Shown: positions 57,061 to 64,000 of the stretch, piece by piece
Layout: each line of letters starts with the position of its first letter
How positions within the stretch are numbered: the stretch's first letter is position 1
Assembly (NCBI GenBank): GCA_005878515.1
Contig: VBLZ01000097.1
Span: 7,634-71,633, forward strand
Reading direction: 5' to 3'
DNA length: 64,000 bases
Source: Methanobacteriota archaeon
Lineage (GTDB): Archaea > Thermoplasmatota > Thermoplasmata > RBG-16-68-12
Position numbers and translations under genes: made by a program
The notes under the pieces: model-generated
What the model was told of the DNA's origin: nothing
The model's input: the letters and a program-made list of their open reading frames with translations, nothing else
The model's database searches: none

Positions 57061-57888
57061 TCACGCCTCCAGGAGGATCGGCGGGGCGTGCGCGGTGGTC
57101 AGGAGCGCGCGCGACCGCAGCCGCTCCTGCGCCTCGTTGAACGTTTCGACCGACACGAGGGGATCGTGATCGGCCTTCCGGACGATCCCATCCCACCGGA
57201 GGAAGCCGGCGTAGACCGGATTGTGGAGGATGCGGAAGACCTTGATCGGTGTCCACGACGTGCCGAGTTTCGTCCGCTGGCCGTGCGCGTTCAGTTCAAC
57301 GGCGGTCTCTTCGAGCGTCCGGCCACTCAGGCACAGGTCGAACATCTGTCGCACGACCTCGGCCTCAGCCTCGATCGGGACGAGCCGGCCTTCCGTGACG
57401 TCGTAACCGAGCGGCGGATGGAATCCCAGAATCCCGGGTCCGACCCGCGCCTTCTGGGTCATCCCCATCTTCACCCGCTCGCCGATCTGCTCCGACTCGA
57501 GCTGCGCAATCCGTTGAATGATGTCCATGACGAATCGGCCCATCGCGGTCGAGGTGTCCAGGGACTCCGATGCTGAAACGAAGTCCTTCCCCCATTCCTG
57601 AAGGTTCTCCATCATCTCCATGAAGTTCCGGGAGTTCCGGTGGATCCGGTCCATCTTGATGACCAGGAGGGCGTCCCATTCGTCCCGCTCCGACATCATC
57701 TTCTGGTACGCCGGACGGCGAATGTTTCGGCCGGAGTGACCTTCGTCGACGTACCGGGCCGCGACAGACCAGTCACGGGCGAGGCAATATGCCTCGAGGC
57801 GTTCGCGCTGCGCCTCCAGGGAGAAGCCTTCCTTGGCTTGGTCCTCCGTCGACACTCTAGTGTAGACCGCGACGCGGACCGTGCGCAC
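57061..57888 (-). CDS. Serine recombinase (resolvase/invertase catalytic domain + recombinase domain), short form
   Basis: The catalytic N-terminus VAVYTRVSTEDQ, with the Ser nucleophile, is followed by …HPPLGYDVTEGRLVPIEAEAEVVRQMFDL…ILHNPVYAGF… The protein is 275 aa with a GTG start. It is 3 nt upstream of the second recombinase-domain gene. Confidence 0.85.
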   Translation of the reverse strand: MRTVRVAVYTRVSTEDQAKEGFSLEAQRERLEAYCLARDWSVAARYVDEGHSGRNIRRPAYQKMMSERDEWDALLVIKMDRIHRNSRNFMEMMENLQEWGKDFVSASESLDTSTAMGRFVMDIIQRIAQLESEQIGERVKMGMTQKARVGPGILGFHPPLGYDVTEGRLVPIEAEAEVVRQMFDLCLSGRTLEETAVELNAHGQRTKLGTSWTPIKVFRILHNPVYAGFLRWDGIVRKADHDPLVSVETFNEAQERLRSRALLTTAHAPPILLEA

Positions 57889-58128
57889 CCATCCCGACCC
57901 GCCGAAGGACGGTCAAACTAAAAAAGACTGCCGGTCGGACGAAAGTCTGACGCACTGATGTACGATAAACACCTCTCAAAGAAGGCAAGAGCCCGTCCGG
58001 CGAGGCCTAACTTTTATCTGTTTTGATGGATATTTATGGAATTCGATTTGGACTTCCATGCTATTCCGTCACACGGAAAACTGGAGAAACATTGGTTCGT
58101 AGAAAGGTATTGCTAGTAGCGTATTCGG

Positions 58129-58138
58129 CACGTATATT
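58129..58138. repeat. Right terminal inverted repeat (CACGTATATT), inside the 15-bp palindrome ACGTATATTATACGT (58130-58144)
   Basis: Exact reverse complement of 55953-55962. Confidence 0.5.
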
Positions 58139-58194
58139 ATACGTAATAGCTTCTTCAATCCGATGCGAATATTTCGGCCCGAGGATATTCCTGA

Positions 58195-59520
58195 TTAGGA
58201 TTTTCGCGACCGGAGATCCGACAAGACCTCTTTCGCTCGGTCCATCCTTACTTTCCGCTCCTTCACCAGGATTTCGGCCACGCGGTCGACTTCCTCGCCG
58301 ACGGCTCCTACCGTCGCGGCTACGTTCCGCGCATGGAGCGACATGTGCCCGCGTTGAATGCCCTCTGTCGCCAGAGCACGTAGGGCGGCAAAGTTTTGCG
58401 CCAAGCCCACGGCGGCAATCACTTCCGCGAGTTCCTGCGCGGTCTTGACGCCGAGGAGGTGGACATTCGCCTTCGCGGTGGGATGGACTGCCGTCGCTCC
58501 GCCGACCAGTCCGACGGCCATGGGCAGCTCGATCGTCCCGACGAGGTCTCCATTCGCATCCTTCTCCCACGCCGTCAGGGACCGATAGCCCCCGGACTTC
58601 CATGCGGCATATGCGTGGGCGCCGGCCTCGATCGCCCGCCAGTCGTTCCCAGTCGCAACGACGACCGCGTCGATCCCGTTCATGATGCCCTTGTTATGCG
58701 TCGCACAGCGGAACGGATCCGCATCCGCGAACGCGTAGGCCTCGAGGATTCCTTCGACGACGTCCTCGCCAGGGATGTCCTCGGTCCGGATGGCGTCCTT
58801 CGCGAACACCGCCCGGGCGCGCGCGAGTCGCCGAACCGCGAGATTCGAAATGATCCGCAGGTAGACGCGACCGCCCGTCCACTTCTCGATGTGCGGGGCG
58901 ATCGCCTCCGCCATCGTGTTCACCGCGTTGGCGCCCATCGCGTCGCGGCAGTCGACGACGAGGTGGGTGACGACCATGTGGCCCCGTTTCGTGTCCACGA
59001 CTCGGACCTCGACGTCCTTGGCTCCGCCGCCGACCTTCACGAGCATCGGGTCCTTCTCGTTCGCGATCGAGAGGATTTCGTCCTTGTGGTGGAGGATCGT
59101 CATCCGCGCGCCGTGCGGATCCGAGACCCCGACGAGCTGAATCTGACCGATCATGATCGGACCGGACGTGCTCGCCGAGAAGCCACCTCGTTCCCGGGCC
59201 ATCCGGGCCGCGTTGGAGGCCGCGGCGACGACGCTCGGCTCCTCGATGGCCATCGGGACCAGATAGTCCCGCCCGTTCACCTGAAAATTCACCGCGATCC
59301 CGAGGGGCACCGGCATCGCTCCGACCACGTTTTCGATCATCCGGTCGACTTGGTCGAATTTGAGCGCACCCGTGTTCTGGATCGTCTCGACCTCTGCGTC
59401 GGACAGCTCGCCGAACGACCGGATGACTTGCCAGCGGTCCTGCGGGCTCTTCTTGTAGAAGCCCGACACCTCGGAACTCTTCACGTCGGCACCGAGCGTC
59501 GGAGAAGACTGTCCCGCCAT
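58195..59520 (-). CDS. hmgA: Hydroxymethylglutaryl-CoA reductase, class II
   Basis: The class II pattern …VPMAIEEPSVVAAASNAARMA…DAMGANAVNTMAE…GNDWRAIEAGAHAYAA… is present. The start was chosen at MAGQSSPTL (59520). Confidence 0.9.
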   Translation of the reverse strand: MAGQSSPTLGADVKSSEVSGFYKKSPQDRWQVIRSFGELSDAEVETIQNTGALKFDQVDRMIENVVGAMPVPLGIAVNFQVNGRDYLVPMAIEEPSVVAAASNAARMARERGGFSASTSGPIMIGQIQLVGVSDPHGARMTILHHKDEILSIANEKDPMLVKVGGGAKDVEVRVVDTKRGHMVVTHLVVDCRDAMGANAVNTMAEAIAPHIEKWTGGRVYLRIISNLAVRRLARARAVFAKDAIRTEDIPGEDVVEGILEAYAFADADPFRCATHNKGIMNGIDAVVVATGNDWRAIEAGAHAYAAWKSGGYRSLTAWEKDANGDLVGTIELPMAVGLVGGATAVHPTAKANVHLLGVKTAQELAEVIAAVGLAQNFAALRALATEGIQRGHMSLHARNVAATVGAVGEEVDRVAEILVKERKVRMDRAKEVLSDLRSRKS

Positions 59521-59539
59521 AAAGGCATCGCGCGACGAG

Positions 59540-59929
59540 TCAGGGTGCGACGCGGGCGCCGCAGTTCGGGCAGAACGAGATCCCGGTCGCGATCGGCGAA
59601 CCGCAGCTCGTGCAGAACCGACCCGTCCCCGCGGCGGAAGGCGGACCTGCTGCACCGGCAGCCGGTGGAGCGGGTTGGGCCGGAGGAGACGGAATGTACG
59701 GAGGGTACGCGTATCCGGGCGGATAGCCAGGATACATTGCGGGCGGCGCCTTCGTCACCTGGCCGCCTTCCGCGATGATCAGGATGACCCCCACGACGAG
59801 CAAAGGGATACCCACACAGAGAAACGGGGAGAAAAGAATCCCGATGATGGACAAGGCCGTTCCCAGGACGAGCAGCAATGCGCCCGTGGTCAGCTCGGCC
59901 AGCCGCCTCCCCTCCCGTCGGCTTCGCAA
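59540..59929 (-). CDS. Small membrane protein with a Pro/Tyr-rich linker and a C-terminal zinc ribbon
   Basis: …RSRREGRRLAELTTGALLLVLGTALSIIGILFSPFLCVGIPLLVVGVILII…PGYPPGYAYPPYIPSPP…CTSCGSPIATGISFCPNCG. The longer ORF-track version reads through the TATA box, so a TTG at 59929 is the first plausible start. Confidence 0.35.
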   Translation of the reverse strand: MRSRREGRRLAELTTGALLLVLGTALSIIGILFSPFLCVGIPLLVVGVILIIAEGGQVTKAPPAMYPGYPPGYAYPPYIPSPPAQPAPPAAGAAGPPSAAGTGRFCTSCGSPIATGISFCPNCGARVAP

Positions 59930-59939
59930 ATTCGTGCAT

Positions 59940-59956
59940 AATGATATAAATATTGC
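59940..59956. promoter_or_regulatory. AT-rich, possibly bidirectional promoter element
   Basis: The sequence atgatataaatattgct is centred between divergent small membrane-protein genes. Confidence 0.35.
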
Positions 59957-59993
59957 TTGAGGGAATGCCGCGCGAGCGAGACCGCGCCGTGGA

Positions 59994-60242
59994 GTGATCG
60001 AGATGCCCGTCGTCCTGGCAGACATCGCGATCCCGTTTCAGGCGACCGCGTCGGGCTCGGCGGTCGCGTTCTGGCTGTTCCTCCTCGCGCTCTACGTCGC
60101 ATTCCTCCTCATCGCGCTATGGGTGTACCAAGACGCCCGGATCCGTGGGATGAATGGTGTCTTTTGGTTCGCCCTCGTCTTTTTGGTGCCGGTGTTCGGG
60201 CTCGTCGCGTACGTGATCTACCGGCGAGACCGCCCTCTTTGA
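59994..60242 (+). CDS. Small 2-TM membrane protein, PLD-nuclease-N-like (cardiolipin-synthase N-terminal-like) family
   Basis: …WLFLLALYVAFLLIALWVYQDARIRGMNGVFWFALVFLVPVFGLVAYVIYRRDRP matches the W…D…W…P…G…Y pattern of this small-protein family. Confidence 0.5.
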   Translation: MIEMPVVLADIAIPFQATASGSAVAFWLFLLALYVAFLLIALWVYQDARIRGMNGVFWFALVFLVPVFGLVAYVIYRRDRPL

Positions 60243-60363
60243 ACGCCGGCCGTCCGTTTCTGCCGTCGATGAGGCAAGGGTCGGGTCGCGATTTCCACCC
60301 ATCGCGGTTCGAATCTTGGCCTAACTTTTGTCAAGATTGCGCCGCGGGCAGAACGTTTAAACC

Positions 60364-61821
60364 ATGTCACAACATGACGCCCCCGGGGTCATTATGGAGG
60401 AGCAGCAGGCACCTTCCGGGGCGGCCCCGAAGGCAGCCCCGAAGAGCAGAGCGGTGTGGATTGCGGTTGCAGTTATCGTCGTGATCATCGTGGTCGTGTT
60501 GGCCGCGGTGCTGGGCGGAGTATTCAATCCCGCAACGCAGGCGAAACCCGCGCTTCGGATCGGGACGCTTCTTTCGATCACGGGTGCGCTGAGCCAGTAC
60601 GGACCGGGCGATACGCAAGGCGCCTATCTCGCCGTCCACCAAATCAATGCCGCTGGCGGAGTGCTCGGCCAACCCATCCAGTTGTTCACCGAGGACGATC
60701 AGACCGATCAGACGGCGGCTGCCGCCGCCACAACGAAATTGATTACGCAAAACCATGTGAACGCGATTGTTGGCGCGCAGTTCTCCGGCGGCACGATCGC
60801 CTCGATTGGAATCGCCCAGGCGGCGGGCGTCCCGATGGTCTCTCCGTCGGCGACGTCGCCTGCATTGTCGAACCTAACGTTGACCGGTGGCTACTTCTTC
60901 CGAACCGCTCCTTCGGACGCCCTCCAAGGCGTCGTCGCGGCCAACTACCTCTATACCAACCTGTCGTACCGGTATGTCAACCTCGTCGGACGCGACGATT
61001 CCTACGGTCGAGGTCTTGTGGGCGTGATCAACACCAAGTTCACCGCGCTCGGCGGTCACGTGAACACCACCGTGATCATCAACCCGAAGGCCACGACGTT
61101 CCAGACCGACCTTCAGAACTTGTTCTCGACCAACCCGCAGGCCGTATACTTCGCCGGCTTCCCCGGCGAAGGTCTCATCTTGATGAGCCAATGGCAGGCG
61201 GGCCTGTCGACCAACTCCGGGTGGAACCGCCCGTGGGTATTCTCCGAGGGACTTGACAGCCAAGCGTTCATGGACCAGTTGCGTGCGTCTTCGGTCGGGG
61301 TCGACGTCACGAAGATCAAAGGCACTGCGCCTGTATCGCCCTTCGGCGCGATTCACGACATCTTCGTGGCTCAGTACAAAGCAGCGACCACGACCACCGC
61401 GACCCCGGTTCTGTATACGGACTACACCTACGATGCGGTCTACCTGATCGCCCTTGCCGCGCAGAAGGCAGGTTCCGTTGACGGAACTGCGATCAAGGCA
61501 AATCTGCCGGTCGTTTCGAAGGGGTCCGGGACCGTGATTACGCCCGGAAACTGGACCCGGGCTTTGACCACGATCGCGAGTGGCGGTTCGGTCAACTGGG
61601 AGGGTGCGGCCGGCTCGGAGGACTTCGACGCGAACGGCGACGTTCGGGGACCGTACGAGGTCTGGGGCGTAAACAGCACGTTCCAGATCGTCCGGCTCGC
61701 CTTCATCCCGGAGTCCAGCATCACCGCGCCATCGCTGACCATGTCGAGCCAGATGGTGACGCGGATCTCGAGCGGGTTCGTTGAGAAGGTTCAGGCTGCC
61801 GTCGTTTCGCGGCAGTACTGA
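60364..61821 (+). CDS. livK: Branched-chain amino-acid ABC transporter substrate-binding protein (LivK/LivJ family), membrane-anchored
   Basis: An N-terminal TM anchor precedes a periplasmic-binding-protein type-I fold (…RIGTLLSITGALSQYGPGDTQGAYLAVHQINAAGGVLGQPIQL…). Confidence 0.85.
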   Translation: MSQHDAPGVIMEEQQAPSGAAPKAAPKSRAVWIAVAVIVVIIVVVLAAVLGGVFNPATQAKPALRIGTLLSITGALSQYGPGDTQGAYLAVHQINAAGGVLGQPIQLFTEDDQTDQTAAAAATTKLITQNHVNAIVGAQFSGGTIASIGIAQAAGVPMVSPSATSPALSNLTLTGGYFFRTAPSDALQGVVAANYLYTNLSYRYVNLVGRDDSYGRGLVGVINTKFTALGGHVNTTVIINPKATTFQTDLQNLFSTNPQAVYFAGFPGEGLILMSQWQAGLSTNSGWNRPWVFSEGLDSQAFMDQLRASSVGVDVTKIKGTAPVSPFGAIHDIFVAQYKAATTTTATPVLYTDYTYDAVYLIALAAQKAGSVDGTAIKANLPVVSKGSGTVITPGNWTRALTTIASGGSVNWEGAAGSEDFDANGDVRGPYEVWGVNSTFQIVRLAFIPESSITAPSLTMSSQMVTRISSGFVEKVQAAVVSRQY

Positions 61822-61825
61822 ACCC

Positions 61826-61843
61826 CTTTTCCCATTTTCTGAT
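61826..61843. terminator. T-rich tract between convergent livK and livF
   Basis: The sequence cccttttcccattttctg. Confidence 0.35.
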
Positions 61844-61846
61844 TGG

Positions 61847-62626
61847 TCAGGCTTGGCCTCCGAGGTAGAGCCTGCCTACATCGGCGTTGTGGAGCAGCCA
61901 CTCCCCCGTGCCCGCGAAGCGATTCCGGCCCGTCTCGAGGACGTAGCCGCGGTCCGCGATGGCGAGCGCCTTCTTCGCGTTCTGCTCGACCATCACGATT
62001 CCCGTGCCGCTCTCGTTGATTTCGACAATCTTCGAGAAGACCGTGTCAACGAGCTTCGGGGCGAGGCCGGCGGACGGCTCATCAATCAGCAGCACCTCGG
62101 GGTCGAGCATCATCGATTTTGCCAACGCAACCATCTGCTGTTCGCCGCCGCTGAGGCTTCCGGCATGTTCACGGAGTTTCGGCTGGAGATTCGGGAACAT
62201 CTCGACCGTTTCCATCGCCCGCTCGCGGATTTCCGCATCTTTCATCATGCGCGATTGTGTTCGCCGCTGGTCGGAACCCCGGTTCCAATGGAGCGGAAGC
62301 GGGGAAATCCTTCGGGTGATCGCGCCCATCTCCAGATTCTCGAGCACGGAGAGCGTCGGGAACGTGTTGTTCGTCTGCGGGACGTAGCCTAACCCCATGA
62401 TGACGAGATCGCGGGGGTGGTACCCTGTGATGTCCGTGTCCCGGAAACGAACCCGGCCCTCGGTGGGACGAAGGAGGCCGAAGATCGTCTTGATGAGCGT
62501 CGACTTGCCCGCCCCGTTGGGCCCGATCAGGACGACCATTTCACCTTGATCCAAGGTCATCGAGACTCCGTGGAGGATCTCCATCTCCCCATAGCCCGAC
62601 CGGAGGTTCTCCGCTTGGAGCAGCAA
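61847..62626 (-). CDS. livF: Branched-chain amino-acid ABC transporter ATP-binding protein LivF
   Basis: Walker A motif GPNGAGKST and signature LSGGEQQM are present. The TTG start lies 5 nt after the livG stop, with GGAGGA upstream. Confidence 0.9.
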   Translation of the reverse strand: MLLQAENLRSGYGEMEILHGVSMTLDQGEMVVLIGPNGAGKSTLIKTIFGLLRPTEGRVRFRDTDITGYHPRDLVIMGLGYVPQTNNTFPTLSVLENLEMGAITRRISPLPLHWNRGSDQRRTQSRMMKDAEIRERAMETVEMFPNLQPKLREHAGSLSGGEQQMVALAKSMMLDPEVLLIDEPSAGLAPKLVDTVFSKIVEINESGTGIVMVEQNAKKALAIADRGYVLETGRNRFAGTGEWLLHNADVGRLYLGGQA

Positions 62627-62628
62627 GG

Positions 62629-63393
62629 TTATCCTCCGAGGTACGACTCGATGACGACCGGGTCCGTCTTCACCATCTCCGGGCGCCCCTCCGCGATGCG
62701 GCGGCCCTGATGCATGACGATGACCCAATCGCATCGGTTCATGACCACGTTCATGTCGTGCTCAATCAGGAAGAACGTCCTCCCGCCCTGCCGAAGTTTC
62801 TCGATCAGGTCCATGAGGCTCCCGGTCAAGGCCGGATTCACTCCCGCGACCGGTTCGTCGAGGAGGACGAGCGCCGGGTCCGACATCAAGGCTCGCGAGA
62901 GTTCGAGAAGTTTCTTTTGGCCGCCGGATAGCGTTCTCGCGTGCTCGTTCGCGAGCCCGTCGAGCTGGGTCAACTTGAGTACCTCGCGAGCGCGGGCCCG
63001 CCACTGCTTCTCGTCGCGTTTCACTTGGCGCGGACGGAAGAAGAGGTTGAGCAACCGCTCGCCCGAGTTGCCTTTCGCAGCGAGGACGAGGTTCTCGAGG
63101 ACCGTGAGGTTGCGGAGCTCGTGAGGAATCTGCCACGTCTTTGTGAGGCCCAGGTGAACGATCTCGTACGGCGGCAGGCCGTCGATCCTCGTGCCGTCAA
63201 ACCAGATCTCCCCGCCGTCGGGGCGGTAGAGACCTGCAATGATGTTGAACAGCGTGGATTTTCCGGCCCCATTCGGCCCGATGAGGCCGGTGATGGATTG
63301 GGGGAGGACCGTCAAACTGCAGCGGTCCACGGCATGTATTCCACCGAACGCCTTGTCTACGGCGTTCACCCGGAGAATCGATTCGGAGGCCAT
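62629..63393 (-). CDS. livG: Branched-chain amino-acid ABC transporter ATP-binding protein LivG
   Basis: Walker A motif GPNGAGKST, signature LSGGQKKL and the LivG-type C-terminus are present. Confidence 0.9.
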   Translation of the reverse strand: MASESILRVNAVDKAFGGIHAVDRCSLTVLPQSITGLIGPNGAGKSTLFNIIAGLYRPDGGEIWFDGTRIDGLPPYEIVHLGLTKTWQIPHELRNLTVLENLVLAAKGNSGERLLNLFFRPRQVKRDEKQWRARAREVLKLTQLDGLANEHARTLSGGQKKLLELSRALMSDPALVLLDEPVAGVNPALTGSLMDLIEKLRQGGRTFFLIEHDMNVVMNRCDWVIVMHQGRRIAEGRPEMVKTDPVVIESYLGG

Positions 63394-63402
63394 CCTTGAG
63401 AC

Positions 63403-64000
63403 TCACCTCAACACTCGTTTGTGCTCCCGCAGGATGCCCTCGGGACGATAGATGATGAGTATGATCAGCAGGACGCCGATGAACATCAGCCGAGTGTAGA
63501 AGATGGTGTCGCCGATTGCCCCCGGTTTGTACTGCTCAAGGAACACAAAAACCCAGCCGAGCCCATACAGCGCGAACGCACCGATTGTGCCGTTTCGTAC
63601 CCACCCACGTTCCTGGATTTTCCGAAGGACCCGTCCCCAACCCCTCGTCGGCATGTATCGGCTGAAAAGAACGAACACTCCGGCGGCGATCACAGCGATG
63701 AGGCCGACGACGATCAACAACAATCGGATGGTCGGAAGGCCTGCCGCGAGCGCGATTGGCACATAGTCCTTCAGTTGAACGGACAGCCATTCCAACCCGT
63801 AGATCAGAAATGCTCCAACGATCACCCCTCGGTTGTTGCCGGAGCCTCCGACGATGACCATCACCCAAACGGAGAACGTAACCGCCGGGGCGAAGCTGGA
63901 TGAAGGTGAGACGTACCCAAGCGTGACGGCGAAGAGGGCTCCGGCGAGGCCCATCAGCGCTCCGCCCAGCGCGAATGCTTGGAGTTTGTAGTTGAACGTA
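63403..64000 (-). CDS. livM: Branched-chain amino-acid ABC transporter permease (LivM/LivH), 3' part only; gene continues past the window end
   Basis: A polytopic membrane protein (…VMVIVGGSGNNRGVIVGAFLIYGLEWL…). The frame is open to position 64000. Confidence 0.85.
   Translation of the reverse strand, partial: TFNYKLQAFALGGALMGLAGALFAVTLGYVSPSSSFAPAVTFSVWVMVIVGGSGNNRGVIVGAFLIYGLEWLSVQLKDYVPIALAAGLPTIRLLLIVVGLIAVIAAGVFVLFSRYMPTRGWGRVLRKIQERGWVRNGTIGAFALYGLGWVFVFLEQYKPGAIGDTIFYTRLMFIGVLLIILIIYRPEGILREHKRVLR

Larger units (their letters stand above)
55953..58138. mobile_element. Putative compact integrated element: RHH gene plus two serine-recombinase-domain genes, bounded by 10-bp inverted repeats
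   Basis: Left AATATACGTG (55953-55962) and right CACGTATATT (58129-58138) are exact reverse complements. The enclosed and flanking sequence is visibly lower in GC than the surroundings. The insertion lies between rfcL and hmgA. Confidence 0.45.

Noticed and set aside
56377-57576. 399-aa plus ORF, together with a 268-aa minus ORF, overlapping the recombinase genes
   Set aside because: These are alternative frames of, or antisense to, two genes with clear serine-recombinase and recombinase-domain signatures. The composition is Arg/Pro-rich low complexity.
59481-59939. 152-aa minus ORF starting MHEFAKPTGG
   Set aside because: Its ATG lies only 6 nt downstream of the TATA-like element, so it is unlikely to be within the transcript. 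The sequence is Arg-rich without hydrophobic structure. The overlapping frame encodes a coherent membrane/zinc-ribbon protein instead.
1-64000. CRISPR arrays, rRNA genes, transposase/integrase genes other than the 56-58 kb recombinases
   Set aside because: No clustered regularly spaced repeats, no rRNA-like conserved stretches and no tyrosine-integrase or transposase motifs were found on inspection of intergenic regions and ORF translations.

Overview
High-GC (about 65%) archaeal chromosomal window, gene-dense, mostly housekeeping. The backbone is: (i) the conserved L7Ae-S28e-L24e-ndk-aIF5B block on the minus strand; (ii) a NUDIX / DHH-phosphoesterase / CoA-binding / ACT / TrpB2 neighbourhood; (iii) a hydantoinase A/B + TctA-like permease + HTH regulator cluster; (iv) NMN adenylyltransferase and membrane LonB protease, followed by three tandem Ras/Rab-like small GTPase paralogs; (v) the complete archaeal ribosomal-protein superoperon (L3 through L15, with the RNase P Rpp29 gene embedded) ending in secY; (vi) a NitT/TauT-type ABC transporter, argF, an ArsR regulator, a nucleoside-2-deoxyribosyltransferase-like protein and a tRNA-His; (vii) an isoleucyl-tRNA synthetase carrying a long C-terminal multi-domain extension; (viii) mevalonate-pathway AcnX-type dehydratase subunits, with the small subunit fused to a Nudix domain, then pdxS, a NOG1-type GTPase, TYW1 and the RFC large subunit; (ix) a roughly 2.2-kb low-GC insertion bounded by 10-bp inverted repeats that encodes an RHH protein and two serine-recombinase-domain proteins; (x) class II HMG-CoA reductase; and (xi) a branched-chain amino-acid ABC transporter (the livM permease gene runs off the 3' end of the window). 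No rRNA genes or CRISPR arrays were seen. Lineage is an inference only: the gene content is unambiguously archaeal, and class II HMGR plus TrpB2 plus LonB suggest a Thermoplasmatota-like or related euryarchaeal lineage. The most unusual observations are a perfect 120-bp in-frame tandem duplication inside rpl2, the recombinase mini-element, the GTPase triplet, the IleRS C-terminal fusion, the DUF126-Nudix fusion, and widespread low-complexity extensions on ribosomal proteins.
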